From Trueperaceae bacterium (GTDB lineage: Bacteria; Deinococcota; Deinococci; Deinococcales; Trueperaceae): a stretch of DNA of 64,000 bases. Where the stretch lies: the NCBI GenBank assembly GCA_965214405.1, contig OZ243956.1, forward strand, positions 3,168,001-3,232,000. The letters are read 5' to 3'. The notes beneath the pieces were generated by a model that was not told where the DNA came from, made no database searches, and worked only from the letters and a program-made list of their open reading frames with translations. Below are positions 1 to 9,615 of this stretch, piece after piece. Position 1 is the stretch's first letter. Each line of letters starts with the position of its first letter. A program made the position numbers and the translations under genes.

Positions 1-560
1 GGGGCAAGAAGTTTTGGGAGTTTGACGTTGCGCAGGGCCTCCGCCTGCTCGAGCGCGCCGTCTTTTCTCACCTCATCACGAGCCGCTACGGCGCGCCGCT
101 GATGGTGGCGCGGGGCGCAGGGCTCATCATCGAAGTGACCGACGGCGACGGCCTCCATTACCGCGGCAACCTCGTCTATGACTTCGTCAAGGTGGGGGTG
201 ATGCGGCTGGCGACGGCGATGGCCGGAGACCTCCGCGACACGGGCGTGACCGCCGTGGCGCTGACGCCGGGGTTTTTGCGTTCGGAGGAGATGCTGGACG
301 CTTTTGGTGTGACGGAGGAGAACTGGCGGGACGGCGCAAAGCAAGACCCCCACTTCGCCGGTTCCGAGACGCCCTACTACATCGGGCGCGCGGTGGCGGC
401 GCTCGCTGCGGACCCGGATGTTTCCAGAAAGTCGGGTGAGGTACTTTCGACGTGGAGTTTATCAGAAGAATATGAGTTTACAGATATTGACGGCAGGAGG
501 CCGCATTGGGGGCGGTTTTTTGAGGAGGTGAAGGAGAAGGGGGAGGGCTCAAGTGCCTGA
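1..560 (+). CDS. SDR family oxidoreductase (DHRS1-like), 5'-partial
   Basis: Frame is open from base 3. YxxxK motif (YDFVK) and PGFLRSE/SETPYYIGRAVAALAAD C-terminal motifs typical of this SDR subgroup. Confidence 0.85.
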   Translation, partial: GKKFWEFDVAQGLRLLERAVFSHLITSRYGAPLMVARGAGLIIEVTDGDGLHYRGNLVYDFVKVGVMRLATAMAGDLRDTGVTAVALTPGFLRSEEMLDAFGVTEENWRDGAKQDPHFAGSETPYYIGRAVAALAADPDVSRKSGEVLSTWSLSEEYEFTDIDGRRPHWGRFFEEVKEKGEGSSA

Positions 561-863
561 CGCTTTGCGCAAAGGGCGCTTATAACGCAGCCAAAAACAG
601 TAGCTGTTACTCATGCGGGTGAAGGAAACAGATACAAGTAGCTGCTGAAAGTAAGTATTTCGTGTTCCAGACAGCTCAACAAAACGCTACAATAGTCACG
701 CGGCTCGAGCTAACATAGGAGAACGGTGTTTATGCTTACGAACCTGGTGACGGCGTGAGTTGGGCGCTTGTTGCTAGCGCGGCGCTGGTGTTTTCAAGCC
801 CGGTCAACGCCGGGGTGAACGCGTGTATACCCGCTGGGACGACGTCAAGCGCGGTTTGAGCAG

Positions 864-1889
864 GTGAGCGCGCAGTCGCAAGTGCTCAGCGAAGTGCCCT
901 TCACTATTTACACAGAAGAGATTTTTGGTGGAGCGGAAATTTCAGCGACCATATGGGGAGAGGATAGTCTCTTTCTCAACGGTACAACCTCGGGGACTTT
1001 CAAGTTACCGCGCCCCTTAACAGCAGAAGAACCCCTCATGCTGGTTAAGCTTTACGAAACTAACGTAGCATCCATCGCTTATGATGGAAAATCAATCGCT
1101 TATGACGTGCTCGTTTATGGCGCGAAAGAGAGCTTGTCCTTTAATGCTGTCAATGCTGCTAAGGCACACGTCTTTGATCTATTGGATACATGGTGGGGTC
1201 TTTCAGCGGACCTCCTTACAACTGGCTACCTGAAGATAGAGGAGCATCCTAACTTCCCGAGCTTGGTCGCGTTCGTCCGCACGCATCAGGGCTACCCCGC
1301 TGGCAAAGAGTTAAGAGACGCGATGGCCGACATTTCGTTTTCCATCGTTTTAGACCTAGCAGAGGAATTAACCGGTTCACAAGCACTTACAGAAGCGTCC
1401 TTCTTTATCAATACAAAAGAGATTATGGGTGGGGCGGAAGTTTCGGCGGTTATGTGGATATGGGAGGACGGTCTTTTCTTAAACGGCGCAACCTCGGGAA
1501 CCCTCGAGCTACCGCGCCCCTTGACAGCAGGAGAACCTCTCATGCTAGTTAAGCTTTACAAAGCTGATGGGGCACTTGTGGCTGACGATATGCTCATCTA
1601 CGGTGTGAAGGAAAGCCTGACCTTTGACGCTACTAACGCCGCTAAAGGACTCGTTATGTTCCTTCTTAGCGATTCTACGCTCTCAACCGACCGTCTAATA
1701 ACGATCTACTCAAAAATAGAGGAGCATCCTGACTTCCCGAACCTGGTGGGGTTCATTCGTACGTACAAGGGATACCCTGACGGTGACGCATTGCTTGATG
1801 ACATGATTGACATCTCTTTCCCCATCATCAACGATTTGGTGGCAGAATTAGATGATACACAGGAGCCAACCGGCTCTTTTCCCCCATAA
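864..1889 (+). CDS. Hypothetical protein made of two tandem ~150-aa homologous domains
   Basis: Internal duplication (LFLNGxTSGTxxLPRPLTAxEPLMLVKLY ... KIEEHPxFPxLVxFxRTxxGYP ... DISF). Visibly more AT-rich than its flanks. True start uncertain. Confidence 0.7.
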   Translation: MSAQSQVLSEVPFTIYTEEIFGGAEISATIWGEDSLFLNGTTSGTFKLPRPLTAEEPLMLVKLYETNVASIAYDGKSIAYDVLVYGAKESLSFNAVNAAKAHVFDLLDTWWGLSADLLTTGYLKIEEHPNFPSLVAFVRTHQGYPAGKELRDAMADISFSIVLDLAEELTGSQALTEASFFINTKEIMGGAEVSAVMWIWEDGLFLNGATSGTLELPRPLTAGEPLMLVKLYKADGALVADDMLIYGVKESLTFDATNAAKGLVMFLLSDSTLSTDRLITIYSKIEEHPDFPNLVGFIRTYKGYPDGDALLDDMIDISFPIINDLVAELDDTQEPTGSFPP

Positions 1890-2023
1890 ATTGTCCGTAG
1901 CGGCCACGGCTTCCTCAGAACCTCGACTTTTACTCTGACGCAGCCTGAAGATTCAAACAGCATCACCATCAAGGCGAGCAGTATGCTCTACTTCAGGCTT
2001 ACGTAAAATGGTTAGCTCACGCC

Positions 2024-2052
2024 TTGACAAGCGCCCCGGCGGCCTATACGCT
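2024..2052 (+). promoter_or_regulatory. Sigma70-type promoter for leaderless yceD-rpmF
   Basis: TTGACA (2024-2029), 17-bp spacer, TACGCT (2047-2052), then ATG at 2059. Confidence 0.65.
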
Positions 2053-2058
2053 CGAGGG

Positions 2059-2631
2059 ATGTCTCAACCCGACGCCACTCTCAATAACGCCACGCTCCAC
2101 CTGGCGAGCTTACTCAAGAATGACCTCGAGACTTACGAGGTCGAGGAGTCGGGGCGGCTTATGCCCAACGACGACCTGCTTCAGGCGGACGGGCTCAGGT
2201 TAGAAGCGCCCCTGGACTGGCACGTCACGGTGCAGCGCACGGGCGGCGATGACGACTACTTGGTGTCCGGCTCCGTCTCGGGCGCCGCGGTGCAGGAATG
2301 CCGCCGCTGCTTGACCGACGTCTCGACGGACCTACGCGCCGACTTTATCTACCCGATGCTTTACAAGCCGGGCACGAAAGAGCTGACGCTCCTAGAAACT
2401 GACGAGGACGGCGAAGACACCCTGCTGTTCGGTCAGCCCGAGGTCGATTTCGCGCCCCTGCTCACCCAGATTTTTGCCATCGACCTGCCCCTTACGGTAC
2501 TCTGTATGGAGGCGTGCCGGGGCTTAAGCGCCGACGGCGTGAATTTGAACGAGCACCCCGAGCACCAAGCCCCGCCCCAAGAGCAGAGGGAAGAGTCGCC
2601 CTTTTCGGTGCTCAAGAACTTAGAGCTCTAG
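2059..2631 (+). CDS. yceD: DUF177/YceD family protein
   Basis: ECRRCL and LCMEACRGL motifs, C-terminal SPFSVLKNL, directly upstream of rpmF. Start moved to ATG 2059. Confidence 0.9.
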   Translation: MSQPDATLNNATLHLASLLKNDLETYEVEESGRLMPNDDLLQADGLRLEAPLDWHVTVQRTGGDDDYLVSGSVSGAAVQECRRCLTDVSTDLRADFIYPMLYKPGTKELTLLETDEDGEDTLLFGQPEVDFAPLLTQIFAIDLPLTVLCMEACRGLSADGVNLNEHPEHQAPPQEQREESPFSVLKNLEL

Positions 2632-2691
2632 CCAGCAACCCGCACAAAGCCGTGCAAGATGTTACGGTAATCTGTAAGTTAAGGAGTCACT

Positions 2692-2880
2692 ATGGCAAAA
2701 CATCCCGTACCCAAAAAGCGCACCTCGCGCTCGAGCCGCGACGCGCGCCGCAGCCACCACGCGCTCACCGCGCCCAACCTAGTCGCCTGCCCCCAATGCA
2801 AGGAACTCAAGCCGCAGCACGTGGTTTGCCCCCACTGCGGGTCCTACGCGGGCAAGCAAGTTCTTGATATTGAGGCTTAA
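2692..2880 (+). CDS. rpmF: 50S ribosomal protein L32
   Basis: [12 protein letters not shown]...CPQC...[19 protein letters not shown]. Confidence 0.97.
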   Translation: MAKHPVPKKRTSRSSRDARRSHHALTAPNLVACPQCKELKPQHVVCPHCGSYAGKQVLDIEA

Positions 2881-2911
2881 AAAGTCTCATAACAAAGTTT
2901 CGGTTTACACT

Positions 2912-2939
2912 GGGCTGCGCTACCGCAGCCTATTTTTTT
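2912..2939 (+). terminator. Intrinsic terminator after rpmF
   Basis: GGCTGCG-CTAC-CGCAGCC hairpin followed by a T-run. Confidence 0.75.
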
Positions 2940-2942
2940 GGC

Positions 2943-3008
2943 TGTAGCAGGTAACATCTGGTCGATGTAGCAGGTAATATCTGGTCGGTGTAGCAGGTAG
3001 CATCCGGT
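2943..3008. repeat. 23-bp tandem repeat, ~3 copies (TGTAGCAGGTAACATCTGGTCGA)
   Basis: Copies start at 2943, 2966 and 2989 with 2-3 mismatches each. Confidence 0.9.
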
Positions 3009-3120
3009 TTAAGAAGATTCGGCTTGCACGTTTTTGTTTGCGACGTTGGGGAAAGTTATGCGTTGAACTGACGTGACATGGATAAAACGTGCTATAACCA
3101 AGGCTCGAGGACGTGATTGT

Positions 3121-4128
3121 ATGAACCGAGAAGAACGGGGCAGGGCGGGCGTTACCGCGCTCGGGGCCTACGCGCCCGAACGCATCCTCTCCAACAGTGA
3201 TTTAGAAGAGATGATGGACACCTCCGACGAGTGGATCGTCTCGCGCACGGGCATCAAGCGCCGTCACTTGGTCGCGGAGGACGAGTTCACTTCACATTTG
3301 GCGGTCAAGAGTGTCGAGGATTTGGTCTGTCGGCATGGCCGGGAGAGTTTAGAAGGCGTGGACATGGTCATCGTCGCAACGAACACGCCCGACGCGCTTT
3401 TTCCCTCCACGGCGGCGTTGGTGCAGGGGCACTTTGGCTTGGAGGCCGGGGCCTTTGACGTCATGACCGCCTGTTCAGGCTGGATTTACGCGCTCTCGGT
3501 CGCCAAGGCTTACGTCGAGTCGGGGATGCGCCGCAAGGTGTTGGCGATTGGCGCGGAGGCGCTGACCAGGATTGTCAACTGGGAGGACCGGAGCACGGCG
3601 GTTCTGTTTGGCGACGGCGCGGGCGCGGTGGTGGTTGAGCGGGTACCTGCGCCCTACGGCTTCGAGTCGGTGGTGCTGGGCGCGGACGGGTCGGGGGCGA
3701 AACATTTGCACTCGAGGGCCATCGCGCCCCACTTGCCCGACGGCACGCCCATGACCGGCCATCTTTACCAAAACGGCCCCGAAGTCTTTAAGTTCGCGGT
3801 GCGTATCATGCAGTCGGCCTCGCTCGAGGCCATTAGCGCAGCGGGGCTCCAAACGGGCGACATCTCGCTCTTCGTGCCGCATCAGGCGAACTTGCGCATC
3901 ATCGAGGCGGCGCGGGAGCGGCTGGATATTTCTAAGGAGCGGGTGGTGGTGACGCTCGACGAATACGGGAACACCTCGACCTCGAGCATCCCTCTAGCCC
4001 TGAAACATGCTCTTGATGGAGGCCGCGTCAAGGACGGTGATAAGTTGCTCCTGGTTGCCTTTGGCGGCGGTCTCGCCTGGGCGGCGAGCGTGTTGACCTG
4101 GGGCGGCGTGACAGAAGGTGCTGCATGA
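3121..4128 (+). CDS. fabH: Beta-ketoacyl-ACP synthase III
   Basis: DTSDEWIVSRTGI, ACSG catalytic Cys, PHQAN, GNTS, FGGG motifs. Confidence 0.96.
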   Translation: MNREERGRAGVTALGAYAPERILSNSDLEEMMDTSDEWIVSRTGIKRRHLVAEDEFTSHLAVKSVEDLVCRHGRESLEGVDMVIVATNTPDALFPSTAALVQGHFGLEAGAFDVMTACSGWIYALSVAKAYVESGMRRKVLAIGAEALTRIVNWEDRSTAVLFGDGAGAVVVERVPAPYGFESVVLGADGSGAKHLHSRAIAPHLPDGTPMTGHLYQNGPEVFKFAVRIMQSASLEAISAAGLQTGDISLFVPHQANLRIIEAARERLDISKERVVVTLDEYGNTSTSSIPLALKHALDGGRVKDGDKLLLVAFGGGLAWAASVLTWGGVTEGAA

Positions 4129-5039
4129 TTGCCGCACTCTTTCCGGGGCAGAACTCGCAAGCGGTGGGGATGGCGAGGGCTTTTTATGACGCTTCTCCCG
4201 CTGCCAAACGGGTGCTCGAGGAGGCTGAGACCGCGATGCCCGGACTCCTGGACATCATGTGGGAGGGTCCGGCGGAAACGTTGCAACTCACCGCGCACCA
4301 GCAGCCCGCGCTCGTGGCGGCGGGCGCGGCGGCGTATGAGGCGTATCTCGAGGCGGGCGGCGCAGCGCCAACCTACGGCGCGGGTCACAGCTTGGGCGAA
4401 TTTACCGCCCACGTCGCGGCGGGCTCCCTGACTGTGGGTGAGGCGGTGGGCTTGGTCCATAAGCGGGGCTCCTACATGCAAGAGGCCGTGCCCGAGGGCG
4501 ATGGCGCGATGGCGGCGATTCTCAAGACGGATGAGGCACAGGTGCGGGAGGTTTGTGACGACGTGCGCGCCGAGACGGGCGGCGTGGTCGAGATTGCCAA
4601 CCTCAACTCCCCCGGCCAGACGGTCATCTCGGGCGAAGCCGAGGCCGTCGCGGCGGCAAGTTTGAGGCTTAAGGAGGCGGGGGCTCGAGTGGTGCCGCTC
4701 AGGGTCTCCGCGCCCTTCCACTGCTCGCTCATGCGCCCGGCGGCGGAGCGGCTGGCGCGGGATTTAGAACACGTCACCTTTTTGCCGCCCAAGTTCGGCG
4801 TCGTGAGCAACGTGACCGCCGAGATTGTGGACGTGCCGGAAGCGCCGCGGCTGCTTGTCGAGGGCGTCACCACCGCGGTGCGCTGGGCGGCGTCGGTGCA
4901 AAGGCTCCGGGCGTTGGGAGCCACGACGTTTATCGAGTTCGGCTCCGGCAAGGTCTTGACTGGGCTTGTGGCGCGCATTCTGCCCGATGTGAAGGCTCTT
5001 GCAGTGACCGACCTGGATTCTTTAGAGGCGGCGCTGTGA
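4125..5039 (+). CDS. fabD: Malonyl CoA-ACP transacylase
   Basis: FPGQ, GHSLGE, SAPFHC motifs; ATGA overlap with fabH. Confidence 0.96.
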   Translation: MIAALFPGQNSQAVGMARAFYDASPAAKRVLEEAETAMPGLLDIMWEGPAETLQLTAHQQPALVAAGAAAYEAYLEAGGAAPTYGAGHSLGEFTAHVAAGSLTVGEAVGLVHKRGSYMQEAVPEGDGAMAAILKTDEAQVREVCDDVRAETGGVVEIANLNSPGQTVISGEAEAVAAASLRLKEAGARVVPLRVSAPFHCSLMRPAAERLARDLEHVTFLPPKFGVVSNVTAEIVDVPEAPRLLVEGVTTAVRWAASVQRLRALGATTFIEFGSGKVLTGLVARILPDVKALAVTDLDSLEAAL

Positions 5040-5782
5040 GCGGGGTAGAGCGCAGGGCGCTGGTGACGGGCTCGAGCCGCGGCTTAGGTCGCGCGATGGC
5101 CCTGGAGCTCGGGCGGCGCGGCTACGCGGTGGCGGTTCACTACGTCCGCTCCGCCGAACCCGCCGAAAGGGTAGCAGAGGAGGTGCGTGAGGGCGGCGGC
5201 CAAGCGGCGGTCTTCTGCGCCGACGTGTCGCAGCCGGACGCCTGTCAGGAGCTTGTTAAAGCGGTTGTTAAAGACTTGGGCGGTCTGGACGTGCTCGTCA
5301 ACAACGCGGGCATCACTAAGGATGGGCTGGCGCTGCGGATGAAAGAGGCGGACTGGACAAGTGTATTAGATACGAACCTCTCGAGCGCCTTTTATCTCTC
5401 CAAAGCAGCCTTGCGCGGGATGCTCTCGAATAAGTGGGGCCGCATCGTCAACGTCGCGTCGGTGGTGGGGCTTTCGGGCAATGCGGGGCAGGCCAACTAT
5501 GTGGCGGCCAAGGCGGGGCTCATCGGCCTTACCAAGGCGCTGGCGAAAGAGTACGCCGCCAAGGGCGTGACGGTGAACGCGGTCGCGCCGGGTTTTATCA
5601 CCTCGGACATGACGGAGGGGCTGCCCGAAGAGCTTAAAGAGCGGTACTTAGAGCAAATCCCCACAGGCCGCTTCGGCACGCCCGAAGAGGTCGCGGCGGC
5701 GGTGGCTTTTTTGGCGGGCGAGGGCGCAGCCTACATCAACGGACAAACGCTCACCGTGGACGGCGGGATGGTGATGGCTTGA
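5036..5782 (+). CDS. fabG: 3-oxoacyl-ACP reductase
   Basis: TGSSRGLG, NNAGIT, GQANYVAAK motifs; fab operon context. Confidence 0.95.
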   Translation: MSGVERRALVTGSSRGLGRAMALELGRRGYAVAVHYVRSAEPAERVAEEVREGGGQAAVFCADVSQPDACQELVKAVVKDLGGLDVLVNNAGITKDGLALRMKEADWTSVLDTNLSSAFYLSKAALRGMLSNKWGRIVNVASVVGLSGNAGQANYVAAKAGLIGLTKALAKEYAAKGVTVNAVAPGFITSDMTEGLPEELKERYLEQIPTGRFGTPEEVAAAVAFLAGEGAAYINGQTLTVDGGMVMA

Positions 5783-6046
5783 GTTATCCCATCACTTCTC
5801 TCGATGCGCTTCCAAAGGTGTGTTAGAATCCCAACGGTTTTGCGGGGGTGTGTAGCAGGCAACACCCTGGTTTGAGCGAGATTCAGACTACATGTTACGG
5901 TCTGAGACGTAGTTTAGGGGATGATGCCTGTGCTGATAGACTGAGTGCTGGCGCGAATCACTGTAGATGTGAGGCTTAACTGAACCTTAGAGAGTTGCAA
6001 AACGCGCTTGTGAGGGTAAACTAAACCATTCTTGTAGGAGGATGTC

Positions 6047-6286
6047 ATGAACGAACAAGAGATTCTGGGCAAAATCAAAGAAGTTGTGGCTGACAAACTC
6101 GACGCCGACCCGAGCGCGGTAACCGAAGACGCGTCCTTTGTGGACGACTTGGGCGCGGACTCGCTCGACGTGGTGGAGCTCATCATGGGCCTAGAGGACG
6201 AGTTCGGCATCGAGATTAGCGACGAGGAAGCCGAGCGCATCCGCACGGTGGGCGACGCGGTGCAGTTCGTCTCGAGCCAGAAGTAG
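6047..6286 (+). CDS. acpP: Acyl carrier protein
   Basis: DLGADSLD phosphopantetheine attachment motif; RBS AGGAGG. Confidence 0.97.
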   Translation: MNEQEILGKIKEVVADKLDADPSAVTEDASFVDDLGADSLDVVELIMGLEDEFGIEISDEEAERIRTVGDAVQFVSSQK

Positions 6287-6456
6287 TTCTACTCTTACGT
6301 TGCGTCTGCCTTTTTGAGAGGGTGCGTCAGGCCGTCAAGTTTTGCCTACGCGTCACTCTTGTTTCACCGTGGGAGACGAAAATCTCCGAGCGGCAAGTAG
6401 AGGGCACCGTCCAGCGAACAGAACTTTCTCCAACGAAAAGGTAAGCTTTTACTCTT

Positions 6457-7692
6457 ATGAAACGTGTCGTGATTACAGGTCTTGGTCCGGTTACCCCCAT
6501 CGGCGTGGGCGCGGCTGAGTTTTTGGCGGGCCAGCACGAGGCGCGCAACGGCGTCCGGCCCATCTCCCGCTTTGACGCCGAAGAGCTAAGCCTAAGCGTC
6601 ACCTTTGCGGGCGAGGTTGACGTGGACATTGCCGATTACATTGACCGCAAGGAAGCCAAACGCATTGACCGCTACGTTCAGTTGGCGCTGATCGGCGCTG
6701 ATTTAGCTTTGGAGGACTCAGGTCTAAGCCCCGACGAGATTGCGGGTGAGGGGACGGGTACGTGTGTGGGCTCAGGCGTGGGCGGGTTAGAAACCTGGGA
6801 GGCGCAGTCCATCCCCCGTTTCGAGCGCGGCCCCATGCGGATGAGTCCTTTTTTTATCCCGATGATGATCGCCAACATGGCCGCGGGTCACGTGGCGATG
6901 CGCTACAACCTGCAAGGGCCGAGCAATTCCGTCGTCACCGCCTGCACCACGGGGGCCGCCGCCATCGGCGACGCGTTCCGGACCCTCCAACGCGGCGAGG
7001 CGCAGGTCATGTTCGCGGGCGGCTCGGACGCCTGCATCACCCCGATGGGCGTGGGCGGTTTCGCGGTCATGAAGGCGCTCAGTACCCGCAACGACTCGCC
7101 CGAAACCGCCTCCCGCCCCTTTACCGCCTCGCGCGACGGCTTTGTCATGAGCGAGGGCGCGGGCATCGTGGTGTTGGAAGAGTTTGAACACGCCAAGAAG
7201 CGCGGCGCGCACATCTACGGTGAGGTCATAGGCTTCGGCACCTCCGCCGACGCGCACCACATCACCTCGCCCGCCCCGGAGGGCGCGGGCATCGTGCGCT
7301 GCGTGAACTGGGCGTTAAAGTCAGCCGGGATTGACGCGGACAAGATCGGCTACGTCAACGCCCACGCGACGAGCACCCCGGCGGGCGACCGTAACGAGAC
7401 GGTGGGCCTAAAAAGGGTGTTCGGCGGCAAAGACAAAGTCCCACCCGTATCCACCACCAAGTCAATGACCGGGCACATGCTGGGCGCGGCGGGCAGCGTC
7501 GAGGCGATTGCGAGCGTTCAGGCCATCGACACCTGCGTGCTGCCGCCCACGCGCAACTACATCGATCCCGACCCCGAGCTGGACCTCGACTACATCCCCA
7601 ACGAGGCGAGGGAGGCAAGGGTAGACTACGTTTTGTCCACCAACTTCGCCTTTGGCGGCCAGAACGCCGCACTGGTTTTTAAGCGCGTGTAA
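6457..7692 (+). CDS. fabF: Beta-ketoacyl-ACP synthase II
   Basis: RVVITGLG, TAC catalytic Cys, NAHATST, KSMTGH, FGGQN motifs. Confidence 0.96.
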   Translation: MKRVVITGLGPVTPIGVGAAEFLAGQHEARNGVRPISRFDAEELSLSVTFAGEVDVDIADYIDRKEAKRIDRYVQLALIGADLALEDSGLSPDEIAGEGTGTCVGSGVGGLETWEAQSIPRFERGPMRMSPFFIPMMIANMAAGHVAMRYNLQGPSNSVVTACTTGAAAIGDAFRTLQRGEAQVMFAGGSDACITPMGVGGFAVMKALSTRNDSPETASRPFTASRDGFVMSEGAGIVVLEEFEHAKKRGAHIYGEVIGFGTSADAHHITSPAPEGAGIVRCVNWALKSAGIDADKIGYVNAHATSTPAGDRNETVGLKRVFGGKDKVPPVSTTKSMTGHMLGAAGSVEAIASVQAIDTCVLPPTRNYIDPDPELDLDYIPNEAREARVDYVLSTNFAFGGQNAALVFKRV

Positions 7693-7714
7693 AGCTAAAG
7701 GATTGGATACTGAG

Positions 7715-7747
7715 GCGCGGTCAGTTATGCTGGCCGCGTTTCCTTTT
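7715..7747 (+). terminator. Probable intrinsic terminator after fabF
   Basis: GCGCGGTCAG/CTGGCCGCGT stem followed by TTCCTTTT. Confidence 0.6.
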
Positions 7748-7780
7748 GAGTTAGACTGAGGCCTTTACAGGAGGCCGCAC

Positions 7781-9607
7781 ATGAGTAAAGGACGCATCCC
7801 CCTAGAAGAACTCGCCAGTTTGCCTAAGGTTGCCGCGCTCAACCCGTCTTACAGCCGCGACAAGGTCGGCTTTTATGGTGACAAGACCGGGCGTTTCGAG
7901 CTTTACACGCTGGATTTGACCACGCGCGAGACGCGCCAGATTTCCCACGGCGAGGTGCCCAAGGGACTGCGGGCAGGCTTTTCTTGGACTCGAGACGACG
8001 CCTCCATCATCTTCGTCAAAGACAAAGACGGCGACGAGCAGAACAACCTCTTTCGGATAGACGTTTCTACGAACAAAGTGGAGCAGCTTGACGACTCCCC
8101 GAAGAGTCAGGAGTACGCGGGTCAGGTCGCGCCGGACGGGCGGCATCTGGCAGTGATGAGCAACCGCGAGGGGCAGATGAACGTTTACAAATTTGATTTG
8201 GAGACGCTCGAGTGGCAACCCCTCACCCATTTCGACGCTCCTGCCTATGCGGGCAAATGGAGCCCCGACGGTGACTGGTTGGCGGTTGTGAGCAACGAGT
8301 TGGACAACCTGACCAACCAAGACGGGTACTTGGTCAAGGCGGACGGCTCCGAGACCGAAAAGGTTTTGAGTGTGAGTGTTGGCTCGCAGGACTCCTTAGA
8401 CGACTGGCACCCGGACGGTAAACGCTTGGCCGTCACCTCCGACGCGTCGGGCTCGAGCCGCCCCGGCATCCTCGATTTGGACACGGGCGAAGTGCGCTGG
8501 CTGGGTGAGGCGGGGGTGGAGGAGTACGCGCAGGAGTTCTCAGAAGACGGGACGCTGCTCCTCACCATGCGCAATCACGAGGCGTCGGTCAAGCCGGTGC
8601 TTTATGAAGTCCAAACGGGTGAGGCGCGCGAGCTTGACCTGCCCGAGGGGGTGACGGGGAGCGCCTTTTTTGTGCTGGATGACAGCAAGTTGCTGGTGCA
8701 GCACTCGAGCCCCGACCGGCGCGCGGACGTGCTGCTTTACGACCTCGAGACGGGCAACACTGAAGTCTTGATGGCTGCCGAGTACGGCTCGATTGACCCC
8801 GATTTGTTTGTAGGCGACGAGTACGTCCGCTATCCCTCGTTCGACGCTCAGGAGGTGCCCGCGCTCCTCTACAAACCGGACGGTATCCGTGAGGATGACA
8901 AGCTGCCCGCGCTGGTGATGGTCCACGGCGGCCCGACTTGGCAATATTTCCGCGGCTTCGACACCTACGCGCAGTTTTTGGTGGACCAGGGTTACGTGGT
9001 GTTGCAGCCCAACATCCGCGGCTCAACGGGCTACGGCGTCGCTTGGCGCGACGCCAACATCAAAGACTGGGGCGGCGGTGATCTGGAGGACGTGGCGGCG
9101 GGTGCGGAATATCTTAAAACACTTCCCTTTGTGGACTCTGAACGCATCGGCATCTTCGGCGGTTCCTTCGGCGGCTTTATGAGCTTCTTGGCGGTGGTGA
9201 AAAAGCCCGACCTGTTCAAAGTCGGCGTGCCTTGGATTGGGATTACCGACCTGCACAAGCTTTTTGAAGAGGACATGGAGCACTTCAAGTATTACTTCCG
9301 CCAGCAGATGGGCGACCCGGAGGAGAATTACGACCTGTGGCGCGACCGGAGCGCGGTTACGCACGCGAACAAGCTTCAAGCCAAGCTCCTCATCCTCCAC
9401 GGCACGAACGACCCGCGCTGTCCTGTATCGCAGGCGCGCGTGTTCCGGGACAAAATCGTCGCCAACGGCAAACGCGAGGGCCGGAATCCTGAAGACGACT
9501 TCGAGTACCACGAGTTCGACGACGAGGGGCACGGGCCGTCGGGGGATATTCAGGGGACGATTCGGACGTACAGGCTGCTGGCGGACTTTCTGGAGCGGCG
9601 GCTTTAG
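7781..9607 (+). CDS. S9 family peptidase (acylaminoacyl/dipeptidyl peptidase-like) with N-terminal beta-propeller
   Basis: HGGP, RGSTGYG, GGSFGG nucleophile, HGTNDPRC and EGH motifs. Confidence 0.92.
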   Translation: MSKGRIPLEELASLPKVAALNPSYSRDKVGFYGDKTGRFELYTLDLTTRETRQISHGEVPKGLRAGFSWTRDDASIIFVKDKDGDEQNNLFRIDVSTNKVEQLDDSPKSQEYAGQVAPDGRHLAVMSNREGQMNVYKFDLETLEWQPLTHFDAPAYAGKWSPDGDWLAVVSNELDNLTNQDGYLVKADGSETEKVLSVSVGSQDSLDDWHPDGKRLAVTSDASGSSRPGILDLDTGEVRWLGEAGVEEYAQEFSEDGTLLLTMRNHEASVKPVLYEVQTGEARELDLPEGVTGSAFFVLDDSKLLVQHSSPDRRADVLLYDLETGNTEVLMAAEYGSIDPDLFVGDEYVRYPSFDAQEVPALLYKPDGIREDDKLPALVMVHGGPTWQYFRGFDTYAQFLVDQGYVVLQPNIRGSTGYGVAWRDANIKDWGGGDLEDVAAGAEYLKTLPFVDSERIGIFGGSFGGFMSFLAVVKKPDLFKVGVPWIGITDLHKLFEEDMEHFKYYFRQQMGDPEENYDLWRDRSAVTHANKLQAKLLILHGTNDPRCPVSQARVFRDKIVANGKREGRNPEDDFEYHEFDDEGHGPSGDIQGTIRTYRLLADFLERRL

Positions 9608-9615
9608 GAGGTTGG

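Noticed and set aside
2943..3008. Possible CRISPR array
   Set aside because: Repeats are directly adjacent with no spacers, and there are no cas genes in the window.
2881..3120. Absence of plsX between rpmF and fabH
   Set aside because: Consistent with my recollection of Thermus-type gene order; no remnant is visible.
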